From positions 1 to 64,000 of IMG/VR virus record IMGVR_UViG_3300025084_003207: a DNA stretch of 64,000 nt, one strand, 5' to 3'. The DNA is from a virus. The notes under the pieces were generated by a model that searched no databases, was not told the DNA's origin, and saw nothing but the letters and a program-made list of their open reading frames with translations. A program made the translations under genes and the position numbers. This document shows positions 9,741 to 19,225 of this stretch, piece by piece. Position 1 is the first letter of the stretch. Each line of letters starts with the position of its first letter.

Positions 9741-9828
9741 ACAGTGGTTTTTTAAATGGTTTGACAAGCAAATAGAAAAAAGTATGCAACGTCAAGCAAA
9801 CAGACAATTTGAGAAAAGTAAGAAATGA
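9727..9828 (+). CDS. small basic peptide (33 aa)
   Basis: MGKIRQWFFKWFDKQIEKSMQRQANRQFEKSKK*; GGGAG SD; ATGA overlap with radical SAM start; not in track. Confidence 0.55.
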   Translation: MGKIRQWFFKWFDKQIEKSMQRQANRQFEKSKK

Positions 9829-11042
9829 GTAAAACATACTGCCCATTACCGTTCACGCATTTAGCAACACACCCTCATGGTGGGTGTACACTTTGCTGTA
9901 TAAGTGATCACAAAAATGGAGCAAGTAGAAGTAAAAATTATAAAGAAGACGGCGGAACTGAGTGGTTAGACTTAAATAACCATAGTATAAATGACATTAT
10001 GAATTCTGACTATTACAAAGAAGTTAGATTACAAATGTTAAATGACGAAGAACCCGCCGCATGTACAAGGTGTTATGATGAAGAAAGAAAAGGTATTACA
10101 AGTAAACGGCAGTCCGAGATACAAGTTTTTGAACACTTCGACTCGGTACGAGCAAATGAACTTACTAGAGAAGATGGCCACATTGATTTGGATCTTCGTT
10201 TTGTTGAACTTCGTCTTGGTAATTTGTGTAACGTCAGGTGTCGTACTTGTAATCCAGCAAGTTCATCTCAGTGGCGTAATGATTATAAAAAAATTGAAGC
10301 AAGCCTGGACTTCGTTACGAAATATGGTAACATAGACAAAGACGAATACAAGTGGCCTGAAGAAGATGCTTTTTGGGACGACTTATTTGATTCAGCACCC
10401 AATTTAGAATTAGTTTATATTAATGGCGGAGAGCCAACACTAATTAAAAAGCATTGGGAATATTTAGAAAAATTAATAGCGGCCGATAGAGCAAAGAATA
10501 TGACTCTATGGTATAATATTAACATGACAAACTTACCAGAGAAAACATTTGACATTTGGAAACAGTTTGGCAAAATACAAGTTAGTGCCAGTATAGATGA
10601 TATAGCAGAACGCAATCATTATATTAGGCATCCAAGTAATTGGGAAGATGTTACAAATCACTTACAGCAAATAATGGCAGAGGACTGGATAGAAACCAGT
10701 ATATGTCAAACTATAAGTGCGTATAATTATCCTTACTTAGGAGAATTTCATACGTGGGCAACTAAAGAACTTGGATTACATGTACATTTAAATTATGTAT
10801 ATGATCCTTCTTTCCTTAGTCCTAAAGTTATACACCCAGAAGCAAGAGCACAGATACACTCACAGTTTAGAAAAGACTTTGGTAATCATCATGCCCTAGG
10901 AAATCTATTGTCTATGTTTGACAACGACGAATGGGACGAAGATGGTTGGAAAAAGTTTAAAGTCTATAACGACCAACTCGATCTAATTAGAGAGCAGGAC
11001 TGGAGAGAAGTGTTTCCTAAATTAGTCGAGTTATGTGAATGA
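9825..11042 (+). CDS. radical SAM enzyme with N-terminal twitch/SPASM-type domain
   Basis: CNVRCRTC, GGEP, ASIDD; N-terminal CPLPF...CTLCC...CTRCY. Confidence 0.9.
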   Translation: MSKTYCPLPFTHLATHPHGGCTLCCISDHKNGASRSKNYKEDGGTEWLDLNNHSINDIMNSDYYKEVRLQMLNDEEPAACTRCYDEERKGITSKRQSEIQVFEHFDSVRANELTREDGHIDLDLRFVELRLGNLCNVRCRTCNPASSSQWRNDYKKIEASLDFVTKYGNIDKDEYKWPEEDAFWDDLFDSAPNLELVYINGGEPTLIKKHWEYLEKLIAADRAKNMTLWYNINMTNLPEKTFDIWKQFGKIQVSASIDDIAERNHYIRHPSNWEDVTNHLQQIMAEDWIETSICQTISAYNYPYLGEFHTWATKELGLHVHLNYVYDPSFLSPKVIHPEARAQIHSQFRKDFGNHHALGNLLSMFDNDEWDEDGWKKFKVYNDQLDLIREQDWREVFPKLVELCE

Positions 11043-12418
11043 AAGTAGCAGTACATCAAAACGATCCTACAAAAGAAATCAACGAGGAATTACAACAAAA
11101 CTTTTTTAAAGAAGATTCTATTTTTATGCAATTATGCTGGAATAGAATAATACATCAAAGAACACATAGTTATCTAAAAGAACTTAATGAAGACATGATT
11201 ACTATGAATGTATATGATGCTGATACAAAAGGTCTTGTGCCTTTTGAAATTATTGAAGAAAGCAATATAAGTAAAATCAGAGAGTATGATGTTTTTGTAA
11301 TCCACCCAAGTGCATTAGCAAGATTAGACACTAAAGAAATAGAATACTTAGTTAATAGTAAAAGCACAAGGGTAGTCTTAGATTATTTGTTCGAAGCAGA
11401 AATAGATACTTATATGCCTTTAATTAGTACAATAAGAGACTACATTGGTACTCCTGATAACTGGATGTTGCTTGTAGGCGGCGACATTGTGTCTAATGAC
11501 GAGGATTTGCTACTAAGGTTCAAAGAAAAAACTTCAGTAGACTTAGGCTTTTTTAATTACTTTAGAATCAACGAAGCATGTATCGGTAAAGAAAAATTAC
11601 GTGACGGAAAGTATAGCATAGATACTATACAGAAAAATTTTAGAGCACCAAAAAAATATGATTTTTTATGTTTAAATCTCAAACCAAGATTTCATAGAAT
11701 AGCATTAATTAAATGGCTGAAAGAAAGAGGAATGATTGATAGAAATCTTGTTACTGCTAGATGGGGATATCAGCAACCAACAAAACGAGCAGACGAGTTT
11801 TATGAGATCAAACAATCGCATGGATTTTTTCAAGAACTAGAATCAGGTGACTATTCGGAAAGGCTCAGAAGAGAGTGTGCATTTTATAACGAATCACCTG
11901 AAACATTATTACAATTTGTTAAGGAGAATACAGAAGAATTAATAATTCCTGTCATGCAAGACAGATATCAGAAAAGCGATGACAGATCATTTATTAATGA
12001 TGTATATAAGGATACATATTATTCCTTGGTAACTGAAACATATTACGATGATGAATTTATAAATCAGTTACCAGACATGCCAGAGGAATATAATCATAAT
12101 TTAAAGAGAGCATTTGTTACTGAAAAAACATATAAGCCTTTAATGTATGGCCACCCTTATATGGTAATTGGAAATATAGATACAAATACAGTTCTAAAAA
12201 ACCAAGGATTCGAAACATTTGATAATGAGTTCGATATAAGTTACGACACACTAAATGACAGGAATAGATATAACACAATATTAAGTAATGCTATGATATT
12301 TGACTATGAAAAATTTGATTACCACACACTAGGTAAAATTGTACATAACTTTCATAACTTTTATGATAATAGAAAATTACTAGAACACATGGATACACTA
12401 TGGAAAATAATACAGTAA
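11039..12418 (+). CDS. putative glycosyltransferase (GT-B / GT10-like motif), paralog 2
   Basis: FLCLNLKPRFHR, SLVTET, FVTEKTYKPLMYGHPY..IG...L...GFETF...DISYD. Confidence 0.5.
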   Translation: MKVAVHQNDPTKEINEELQQNFFKEDSIFMQLCWNRIIHQRTHSYLKELNEDMITMNVYDADTKGLVPFEIIEESNISKIREYDVFVIHPSALARLDTKEIEYLVNSKSTRVVLDYLFEAEIDTYMPLISTIRDYIGTPDNWMLLVGGDIVSNDEDLLLRFKEKTSVDLGFFNYFRINEACIGKEKLRDGKYSIDTIQKNFRAPKKYDFLCLNLKPRFHRIALIKWLKERGMIDRNLVTARWGYQQPTKRADEFYEIKQSHGFFQELESGDYSERLRRECAFYNESPETLLQFVKENTEELIIPVMQDRYQKSDDRSFINDVYKDTYYSLVTETYYDDEFINQLPDMPEEYNHNLKRAFVTEKTYKPLMYGHPYMVIGNIDTNTVLKNQGFETFDNEFDISYDTLNDRNRYNTILSNAMIFDYEKFDYHTLGKIVHNFHNFYDNRKLLEHMDTLWKIIQ

Positions 12419-13983
12419 AATTTGTAAACATAACAGGTGATGCAATACTAGACTATAAATCACAACACCCAGAGGAAATGTATCCACCTACACATATTTT
12501 TCCTTTTACAGATCCAGGACCAGAAGCATCAAAAAACGAATATCATGATTTTGATTATGACATACTGACAGGCAACGGTGTTAAAAGATATAAATTAGAT
12601 TGGCAGAATGCATATATGATCGACCAATGGGATTGTCAGCATTTTGCACATGAGCAAGATGGTGTATTTAAAGAGTTTTTAAAACACGACATGACTGTCG
12701 AATCAGTTATAGACGGTTCGTTGATAGGCAATATTGAAAACTATATTGCCAGTCAAGATAATACTATAATCTTTATTCTACACAGACTATATTCATATTC
12801 ATTACCATATAGTTTTTGGCGCAAATGCCACGACAACGGTATTAAAGTTGCAATAGACAATTCGTTTGAAGCAGAGACATATAGTTTACACAAATTATTC
12901 TTTTGGCTACACAGTTGTTTTGAAGATACAAGTTTTGTTAAATTATTAACATCACAATTTGATAATCAGTTACCAAAGGACTATAAAACTATTAAACAAC
13001 AAATCAAAGAACACTTTGGAGTTGATTTAATAGAAATAGATTTTTTTATTTTGCACGAGCAAAATAATAAAATTGCAACAATGTCTGAGCATAGTGGTCC
13101 TTTAGAATATGCTACATTTAGGCCAGATAAAATATATGTAGACAATAAACCCAAAAAGTTTTTATGCTTAAACAATTATATGAAAGAGCATCGCTTTTTT
13201 ATTTTAAATCATTTGATCAATACATTCGATAAAGACGGAAATAGATTAATTGATAATTGTATAGCAAGTGCAAGATTTTCAGTAGATCCTGATAAGCCAT
13301 TTTACAATCATGGAATTGACGAAACAGACTACAAACATTTAAACTTTCAATCAGAAATTATATTAGGCGAAAGCCTCAAGCAAGATGAATTTGATAAAAC
13401 AAGCGAATACTTACCTATCATTCTAGATGATGATTTAGAGGATAATAAACACGCAGTCAACCCTGACTTATTTAATAATGACAATAGTTCACAATATGAA
13501 TTTAGAGATAGATGGATAAATTGGAAATGGTATGCAGATACTGAAATAAGTTTAGTTACAGAAAGTAGTTATACTGCAAATTTAGTTTTACAAAAAGGTA
13601 TATTTCATCAATACATACCTAAACACGATGGCTATCCTTATTATGATCAAATACCACAAGAGATAGGATTTATAACAGAAAAAACATTAAAGCCTATTAT
13701 GTATGGCCACCCATTTTTATTAGTTACACACCCAGGTACATTAAGACATTTAAGAAGCATAGGGTTTGAAACATTCCCAGAATGGTTTGACGAAAATTAC
13801 GATGACATTGAAATTGATAGTGAAAGATTTAAGGCTATTAAAAAACAAGTAACGCACATTGCTAATACAACATTACACATAGAAGCAATCAAAGACAAGT
13901 TAGAACACAATAGACAACTGTTCTTTAATGCAAAAACTTGTGCTGGAATATACGATAAATTAATAGATGACATATTAAAATAG
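12400..13983 (+). CDS. putative glycosyltransferase (GT-B / GT10-like motif), paralog 3
   Basis: FLCLNNYMKEHR, SLVTES, FITEKTLKPIMYGHPF...GTLRHLRSIGFETFPEWFDENYD. Confidence 0.5.
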   Translation: MENNTVKFVNITGDAILDYKSQHPEEMYPPTHIFPFTDPGPEASKNEYHDFDYDILTGNGVKRYKLDWQNAYMIDQWDCQHFAHEQDGVFKEFLKHDMTVESVIDGSLIGNIENYIASQDNTIIFILHRLYSYSLPYSFWRKCHDNGIKVAIDNSFEAETYSLHKLFFWLHSCFEDTSFVKLLTSQFDNQLPKDYKTIKQQIKEHFGVDLIEIDFFILHEQNNKIATMSEHSGPLEYATFRPDKIYVDNKPKKFLCLNNYMKEHRFFILNHLINTFDKDGNRLIDNCIASARFSVDPDKPFYNHGIDETDYKHLNFQSEIILGESLKQDEFDKTSEYLPIILDDDLEDNKHAVNPDLFNNDNSSQYEFRDRWINWKWYADTEISLVTESSYTANLVLQKGIFHQYIPKHDGYPYYDQIPQEIGFITEKTLKPIMYGHPFLLVTHPGTLRHLRSIGFETFPEWFDENYDDIEIDSERFKAIKKQVTHIANTTLHIEAIKDKLEHNRQLFFNAKTCAGIYDKLIDDILK

Positions 13984-13991
13984 CATAAATA
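13984..13991 (+). promoter_or_regulatory. late-type promoter CATAAATA
   Basis: 5 nt before SD-less ATG 13997. Confidence 0.6.
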
Positions 13992-13996
13992 CTGTT

Positions 13997-14173
13997 ATGA
14001 ACGACTACAAGAAAACACAGAAAGAACTCACAGAACTTAATCATGACGGCAATGAAGACCGTGACGAAAACGGTAACGATACTTCAGAACAATCAAAACT
14101 GTCTGAGAAAGAAAAACTTATACAAAAGAAGTTAGAAGAATTAAGAAAAAGAGATCCTTTTATTTACAGATAA
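13997..14173 (+). CDS. small protein with C-terminal RKRDPFIYR motif (candidate carbamoyltransferase partner), 58 aa
   Basis: MNDYKK...KLIQKKLEELRKRDPFIYR*; ends 4 nt before the carbamoyltransferase ATG; not in track. Confidence 0.7.
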   Translation: MNDYKKTQKELTELNHDGNEDRDENGNDTSEQSKLSEKEKLIQKKLEELRKRDPFIYR

Positions 14174-14177
14174 TAAA

Positions 14178-15716
14178 ATGCGTATTCTCGGTTTAAGTTT
14201 TTTATTTCATGATGCCGCCGCCACCGTTATAGAAGACGGCGAAATTCTTTATGCTTCACATTCTGAAAGATATAGCAAATATAAAAACGATCCCTTTTTA
14301 AATCACAAAATGATTGCTGACTGCTTAAAGTTTGGCAAGCCTGATGTAATTGTGTTACACGAAAAACCATGGGCAAAAAAGTTAAGAAATCTTTACGCAG
14401 GTAACTGGAGAGCATTGTTAGAACCAACAATGCAAAAATGGATTAAAGATTTTTTTCCAGAGTTACATGGTATACCAATTAAGACTTATTGGCATCACGA
14501 AACACATGCCGCCGCTGGTGTACTAACTAGTACGTTTGATGAGTGTGCTGTTATTTGTATTGATGCTATTGGCGAATTTGATACTGCTACAACATGGCAT
14601 TGGAATAAAGGCAATCTTAATAAAATACATAGTACAAAGTTTCCTAGCAGTCTAGGATTATTTTATAGTGCCATGACGGCACATGTTGGTCTCAAACCAA
14701 TGGAAGACGAATATGTTTTAATGGGTATGGCCGCATACGGTAAACCTATTTATGAAACTGCTATGCATCAAGAATTTTTTGTAGATGCTGATTGCAATGA
14801 ACCAGCAAATGTTATTGAGATGACAAAAAATTTACAAAAAGGCGTACCTGCTAATTATTTAGGCAGAGACAAATGTGCATTAATTGACGAGTGGGGACAT
14901 CATAGTTTAGATTATGATATTGCCGCTAGTGCTCAGGCTGTAGCAGAAAAACGTATATTTGAATATGCCAGACATGCCCTAATAAAAACAAACAGCAAGA
15001 ATTTAGTATTCATGGGCGGGTGTGCTTTAAATTGTGTTGCTAATGGTAATCTATTTAAGTTATTTGAAAACGTACACATAATGCCTAACCCAGGCGATGC
15101 TGGAAGTAGTTTAGGAGCCGCCGCATTGCATTATCATAATACAACCGGTAATAAAGTTAATTGGACTGGTGCATACTTAGGCAATAATATTAGAGGCGAT
15201 TATCCTATTAAAAAATCATTGGCAAGTTTACTTAAAGGTGAAATATTTGGTATTGCTAACGGTCGTGCAGAGTTTGGTCCTAGAGCATTAGGCAACAGAA
15301 CATTATGTGCTGATCCACGTGGCAACAAAATAAAAGACAAAGTAAACAAAATCAAACGTAGACAAGAGTTCAGACCTTTTGCACCAATAATATTAGAAGA
15401 ACATGTACATGAATATTTTGAAATGCCAGGGAATATTAGTAATGCTCCATATATGCAATTTGTAGCAAGATGTAAAAAGCCAAAAGAGTTTCCAGCAATC
15501 GTTCATGCAGATGGTACAAGTAGAGTACAAACAGTTAATGAAACAGAACACCCTGAGTTGTATGAACTTATGACACAATTTTATAACGAGACAGGTTGCC
15601 CAATGATACTGAACACTAGTTTAAATATCAAAGGTATGCCTATAGTCAATGACGAGAAAGATGCCGCAGACTTCGAAGAAAAATACAACGTCCCGGTCCA
15701 CACTAAGGACGATTAA
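14178..15716 (+). CDS. O-carbamoyltransferase, NodU/CmcH/TobZ family
   Basis: HDAAA, SERYSKYKND, HHETHA, DAIGE, SLGLFY, GGCALNCVAN, GDAGSSLGAA, EFGPRALGNR, RPFAP, HADGTSRVQTV, LNTSLN. Confidence 0.93.
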   Translation: MRILGLSFLFHDAAATVIEDGEILYASHSERYSKYKNDPFLNHKMIADCLKFGKPDVIVLHEKPWAKKLRNLYAGNWRALLEPTMQKWIKDFFPELHGIPIKTYWHHETHAAAGVLTSTFDECAVICIDAIGEFDTATTWHWNKGNLNKIHSTKFPSSLGLFYSAMTAHVGLKPMEDEYVLMGMAAYGKPIYETAMHQEFFVDADCNEPANVIEMTKNLQKGVPANYLGRDKCALIDEWGHHSLDYDIAASAQAVAEKRIFEYARHALIKTNSKNLVFMGGCALNCVANGNLFKLFENVHIMPNPGDAGSSLGAAALHYHNTTGNKVNWTGAYLGNNIRGDYPIKKSLASLLKGEIFGIANGRAEFGPRALGNRTLCADPRGNKIKDKVNKIKRRQEFRPFAPIILEEHVHEYFEMPGNISNAPYMQFVARCKKPKEFPAIVHADGTSRVQTVNETEHPELYELMTQFYNETGCPMILNTSLNIKGMPIVNDEKDAADFEEKYNVPVHTKDD

Positions 15717-15897
15717 AAAAAAGTTGCAAGGTAAGTGTACTACCTGTGGTGGTACTTTGCCGGATCATATCGGAGTATGCCCGGTATGGGGAGAAGAGTT
15801 AATGCGTAGGTATAACGAAGTTGATGCTAAGGTAGAGCATATTAGCACAGTAGTACAAAGAGTGGTTGACGAATTAGAAGAGCAAAAATATGTATGA
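15649..15897 (+). CDS. small protein with CxxC-x6-H-x3-C putative zinc site and coiled-coil tail
   Basis: CTTCGGTLPDHIGVC; start uncertain (15649 or 15661), overlaps the upstream gene end. Confidence 0.55.
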   Translation: MTRKMPQTSKKNTTSRSTLRTIKKKLQGKCTTCGGTLPDHIGVCPVWGEELMRRYNEVDAKVEHISTVVQRVVDELEEQKYV

Positions 15898-18800
15898 TAT
15901 TTTTTACATAGGTGAAAACGAAAGTCTCAAAGACAATTTTCCTTTTGCAAAAAAAGTAGACCAATTTGACTTAGAAAAGATATCAAACTTATCTAAAACA
16001 AAATTATTTTTCATAGTAGAGAATAATATAGAAGTAACAGACTATGAAGTATTTAGATATGTTCCTTCGGAATATACTGAAACCTTTATTCACAAATGGA
16101 AGTGGGACAGTAATAACTATGGCGGAGTATCACTATATCCAACTAATTTTAAAGACACAGATACTTCATATATAAACGAAATTGTATGCAAGAAGAGTTT
16201 TGATATTCTGTATCAATCAGATCCAAACGACTATTTTGATAATAACAGTTTTTCATCACATGTTTGGTGTGTTGATCCAGACTATAAACTTAATGACGAT
16301 ATTAACTGGGCACCAGGAAACTTTGAACCAGACTTCATACACAGTTTTCATTTAAGGGGACAACTAGAGCATAAGTATCCTGCACAAGAAGGCGGCATAA
16401 AACTATATCCGCGTGAATGGAAAAATGCAGATATTAAATACCACAGTTACTTAGATGCCAGCATAGAATACCCTGTTTTATTTGTTAAAGATATTGATGA
16501 CTACTCCCAACGTAATACTTTTAAAGAAGATTATGTATGGCTAGTTGACAATAATCATAAAGTTAATTTAAGAACATTTGACTGGGTACCAAGTCCGTTT
16601 GACGATGATATGATACATGCTTTTAGAATGCCATATCAACTAACAGAAACATATCCACTTGCAATGGGTGGTATTAGACTAATACCTCGAAATTGGAAAT
16701 TAGCAGAAACAAAAATTCATCCTGCATGTCCTGTTGAAGACGAACAGTATGATGTGTTTTATATCGACGATGACGAATTTACTGCTGACACTTATAACGA
16801 ATATGCCGAACGTAGTAAAACAGATTGGTTTTGGATAGTTGACAGAGAATTTGATTTTAACGGTAAATTATTATTTGTACCTGCAGAACACGAACAAGAA
16901 TATATACATGTTTTTAAAATACCAGAGCACCTAGAAGAAAGATATCCTACTGACTTTGAAGACCCATGGGATAACAGATGTGGTGGTATCAGACTGATAC
17001 ATAAAAACTTTGATATGACTAAACATAAATACCAAAAAGATATTTGCCCTATACGTTACGATGTATTTTACACAAATAACTTAGGCGACTATGAAACTTA
17101 TGCTCGTAAAAGTAGGACTAAAATGTTTTGGCTAATCGACGAAGAGCATGAAGTCGACAATGTATTTAATTATGTTCCGCATAGATATGATCAAAAAACT
17201 ATACACATTTTTAAAATACCAAATCAATTAACACACAAATATCCTAAAGCAGTAACAAATGTAAGCGATAATAGATGTGGCGGAGTAAAACTTGTACCTA
17301 TAAAATATGATGTTGACCGTATAAAATATGTTAATCACTCACCCACAGGATATAAACAATATCCTATTTTATATGTAGAAGACGTATCAGATTATAATAT
17401 TGTAACTCAGGACTGCTGGATTATAGACAAAGAATATCAATTTGATGACGAAGTAGATTGGACTCCACCAGATTTTCAAAAGAGCATGATTCATACGTTT
17501 CATTTAAGTAATCAATTAAAACATAAGTATCCAGAGGAAATGGGTGGTATTCGTTGGGTGCCTAAATTGTGGAAAGATGCCGAAGTTGTTATTCACAACA
17601 TAGCACCATTTAAAGATTTAGATTTTGAAAAGTTTAGCAACGAAGATGAAGGCCGAGAAAAATGCAGGAATAATTGGTTCTGGGTAATAGACCCAGATGT
17701 AGATGTAGTAGACGATTTTGATTTTGATTTTGTACCTGACGTCTGGGACGAAGGAAAACAACATGTGTGGCAAAAACTAAATCCTATTACAGGTAAGCAA
17801 TATGATTATGGCGGAGTTAGTTTATGTCCTAAGATACCACAGACAAAAGGTAGACCAAAATATATTAGAAAAATTTGTAGTACACAAAAAGAATATCCTG
17901 TTTACACAATGACAGCAGATGATGTTGCAGACGGCGTAGCAGAGTTTTATAAAAAATGTGCTGAAAACACAGAAACAAAAATGTTTTGGGTAGTAGACTA
18001 TTGTGTACAAATATGTGAGTCGTTCGACTTTAGTTACTACCCAACTCAGTGGGATATAAAAAACGTTCATGTGTGGCAAAACGAAAATGGCGATCACACA
18101 GATGTTAGATTATGCCCTACGGAACTTTTCTTAAATAATGACTTTACTGAAAAACAAATAGTGAACAATACATTTGATGATTTAAAATTAATGCCTAAAC
18201 AAGCAAGTGAAATGCCAGAATGGAATGTATATACATTTGACGACACGCCACTAAAACAGCAATTAATTGACTTTGCTGAACAGGATAATAACGCATACTT
18301 TTGGACAGTTGACCCTAATGTAGATACATATGATAACTGGAATGCCAAGTATAAACCTGCTGTTGAAAATGCAGATAAACTACATGTATGGCAAAAACTT
18401 AACCCAAGAACAGGTAAAGTACATGCATATGGTGGCGTAAGACTGTGGCCAAACCCCTTCTTAGACGCATTTAAAACGTCTTACAGCAGTGATGATATCA
18501 AGTATAGTAAAACAGTAAGGGGCAAGTTACAGTACGTTAAAGACGCCCTAAGTGTGTCTAAACCATATGATATAGTGTTCCTATCCTACAAAGAAGCGGG
18601 GTCTACGACTGCATATGAGCGTCTTACAGCAAGGTTTGATGCAACCTGGGTCAAAGACATTAAAGGCATATTTAATGCACACAAAGAGGCGGCAAATAGG
18701 GTTAAAAGCGATATGTTCTGGGTAGTAGATGCTGATGCTGACATATCAGAAGACTTTGACTTTAGTTATATACCTGATGTATATGACGAAGAAGTAGTTC

Positions 18801-19225
18801 ATGTATGGGCAAGTAAAAACCCTGTAACAGGCGAAGAATACGGATACGGTGGTGTTAAATTGTTCAACAGACAGCAAATATTAGATGCTACTAGTTGGGG
18901 GTTAGACTTTACTACCGGCCTTAGCAAACGATTTAAAGCAATGCCAGAAATAAGTTGTATCACTAGATTTAACACAGACGCCTTTAGTACCTGGCGTAGT
19001 GCCTTTAGAGAATGTGTTAAATTAACACTTAGTAATGATCCAGATAGCGAGACCAGATTAAACAGTTGGTTAAACCCACAAGTAGATGCGGACTTTGTAG
19101 AAGATGCAATAAAAGGTGCAGAACAAGGAAAAGAATTCGCTTTAACAAATAATAATAATCCAAGTGAATTAAATAAAATTAACGATTACGACTGGTTAGA
19201 AGAACAATGGAAACAATCAAATTAA
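15890..19225 (+). CDS. multi-repeat GT-A (GT2-like) glycosyltransferase-fold protein, ten ~100-aa repeats
   Basis: Ten W/F-x-V/I-D-like strands each followed by H-x-W/F and GG(I/V)xL motifs. The last copy is complete (DIVFLSY..VKDIKGIFNAHKEAA..FWVVDAD..YGGVKLF..TWRSAFRECVKL) and paralogous to 26025-26990. Confidence 0.65.
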   Translation: MYDIFYIGENESLKDNFPFAKKVDQFDLEKISNLSKTKLFFIVENNIEVTDYEVFRYVPSEYTETFIHKWKWDSNNYGGVSLYPTNFKDTDTSYINEIVCKKSFDILYQSDPNDYFDNNSFSSHVWCVDPDYKLNDDINWAPGNFEPDFIHSFHLRGQLEHKYPAQEGGIKLYPREWKNADIKYHSYLDASIEYPVLFVKDIDDYSQRNTFKEDYVWLVDNNHKVNLRTFDWVPSPFDDDMIHAFRMPYQLTETYPLAMGGIRLIPRNWKLAETKIHPACPVEDEQYDVFYIDDDEFTADTYNEYAERSKTDWFWIVDREFDFNGKLLFVPAEHEQEYIHVFKIPEHLEERYPTDFEDPWDNRCGGIRLIHKNFDMTKHKYQKDICPIRYDVFYTNNLGDYETYARKSRTKMFWLIDEEHEVDNVFNYVPHRYDQKTIHIFKIPNQLTHKYPKAVTNVSDNRCGGVKLVPIKYDVDRIKYVNHSPTGYKQYPILYVEDVSDYNIVTQDCWIIDKEYQFDDEVDWTPPDFQKSMIHTFHLSNQLKHKYPEEMGGIRWVPKLWKDAEVVIHNIAPFKDLDFEKFSNEDEGREKCRNNWFWVIDPDVDVVDDFDFDFVPDVWDEGKQHVWQKLNPITGKQYDYGGVSLCPKIPQTKGRPKYIRKICSTQKEYPVYTMTADDVADGVAEFYKKCAENTETKMFWVVDYCVQICESFDFSYYPTQWDIKNVHVWQNENGDHTDVRLCPTELFLNNDFTEKQIVNNTFDDLKLMPKQASEMPEWNVYTFDDTPLKQQLIDFAEQDNNAYFWTVDPNVDTYDNWNAKYKPAVENADKLHVWQKLNPRTGKVHAYGGVRLWPNPFLDAFKTSYSSDDIKYSKTVRGKLQYVKDALSVSKPYDIVFLSYKEAGSTTAYERLTARFDATWVKDIKGIFNAHKEAANRVKSDMFWVVDADADISEDFDFSYIPDVYDEEVVHVWASKNPVTGEEYGYGGVKLFNRQQILDATSWGLDFTTGLSKRFKAMPEISCITRFNTDAFSTWRSAFRECVKLTLSNDPDSETRLNSWLNPQVDADFVEDAIKGAEQGKEFALTNNNNPSELNKINDYDWLEEQWKQSN

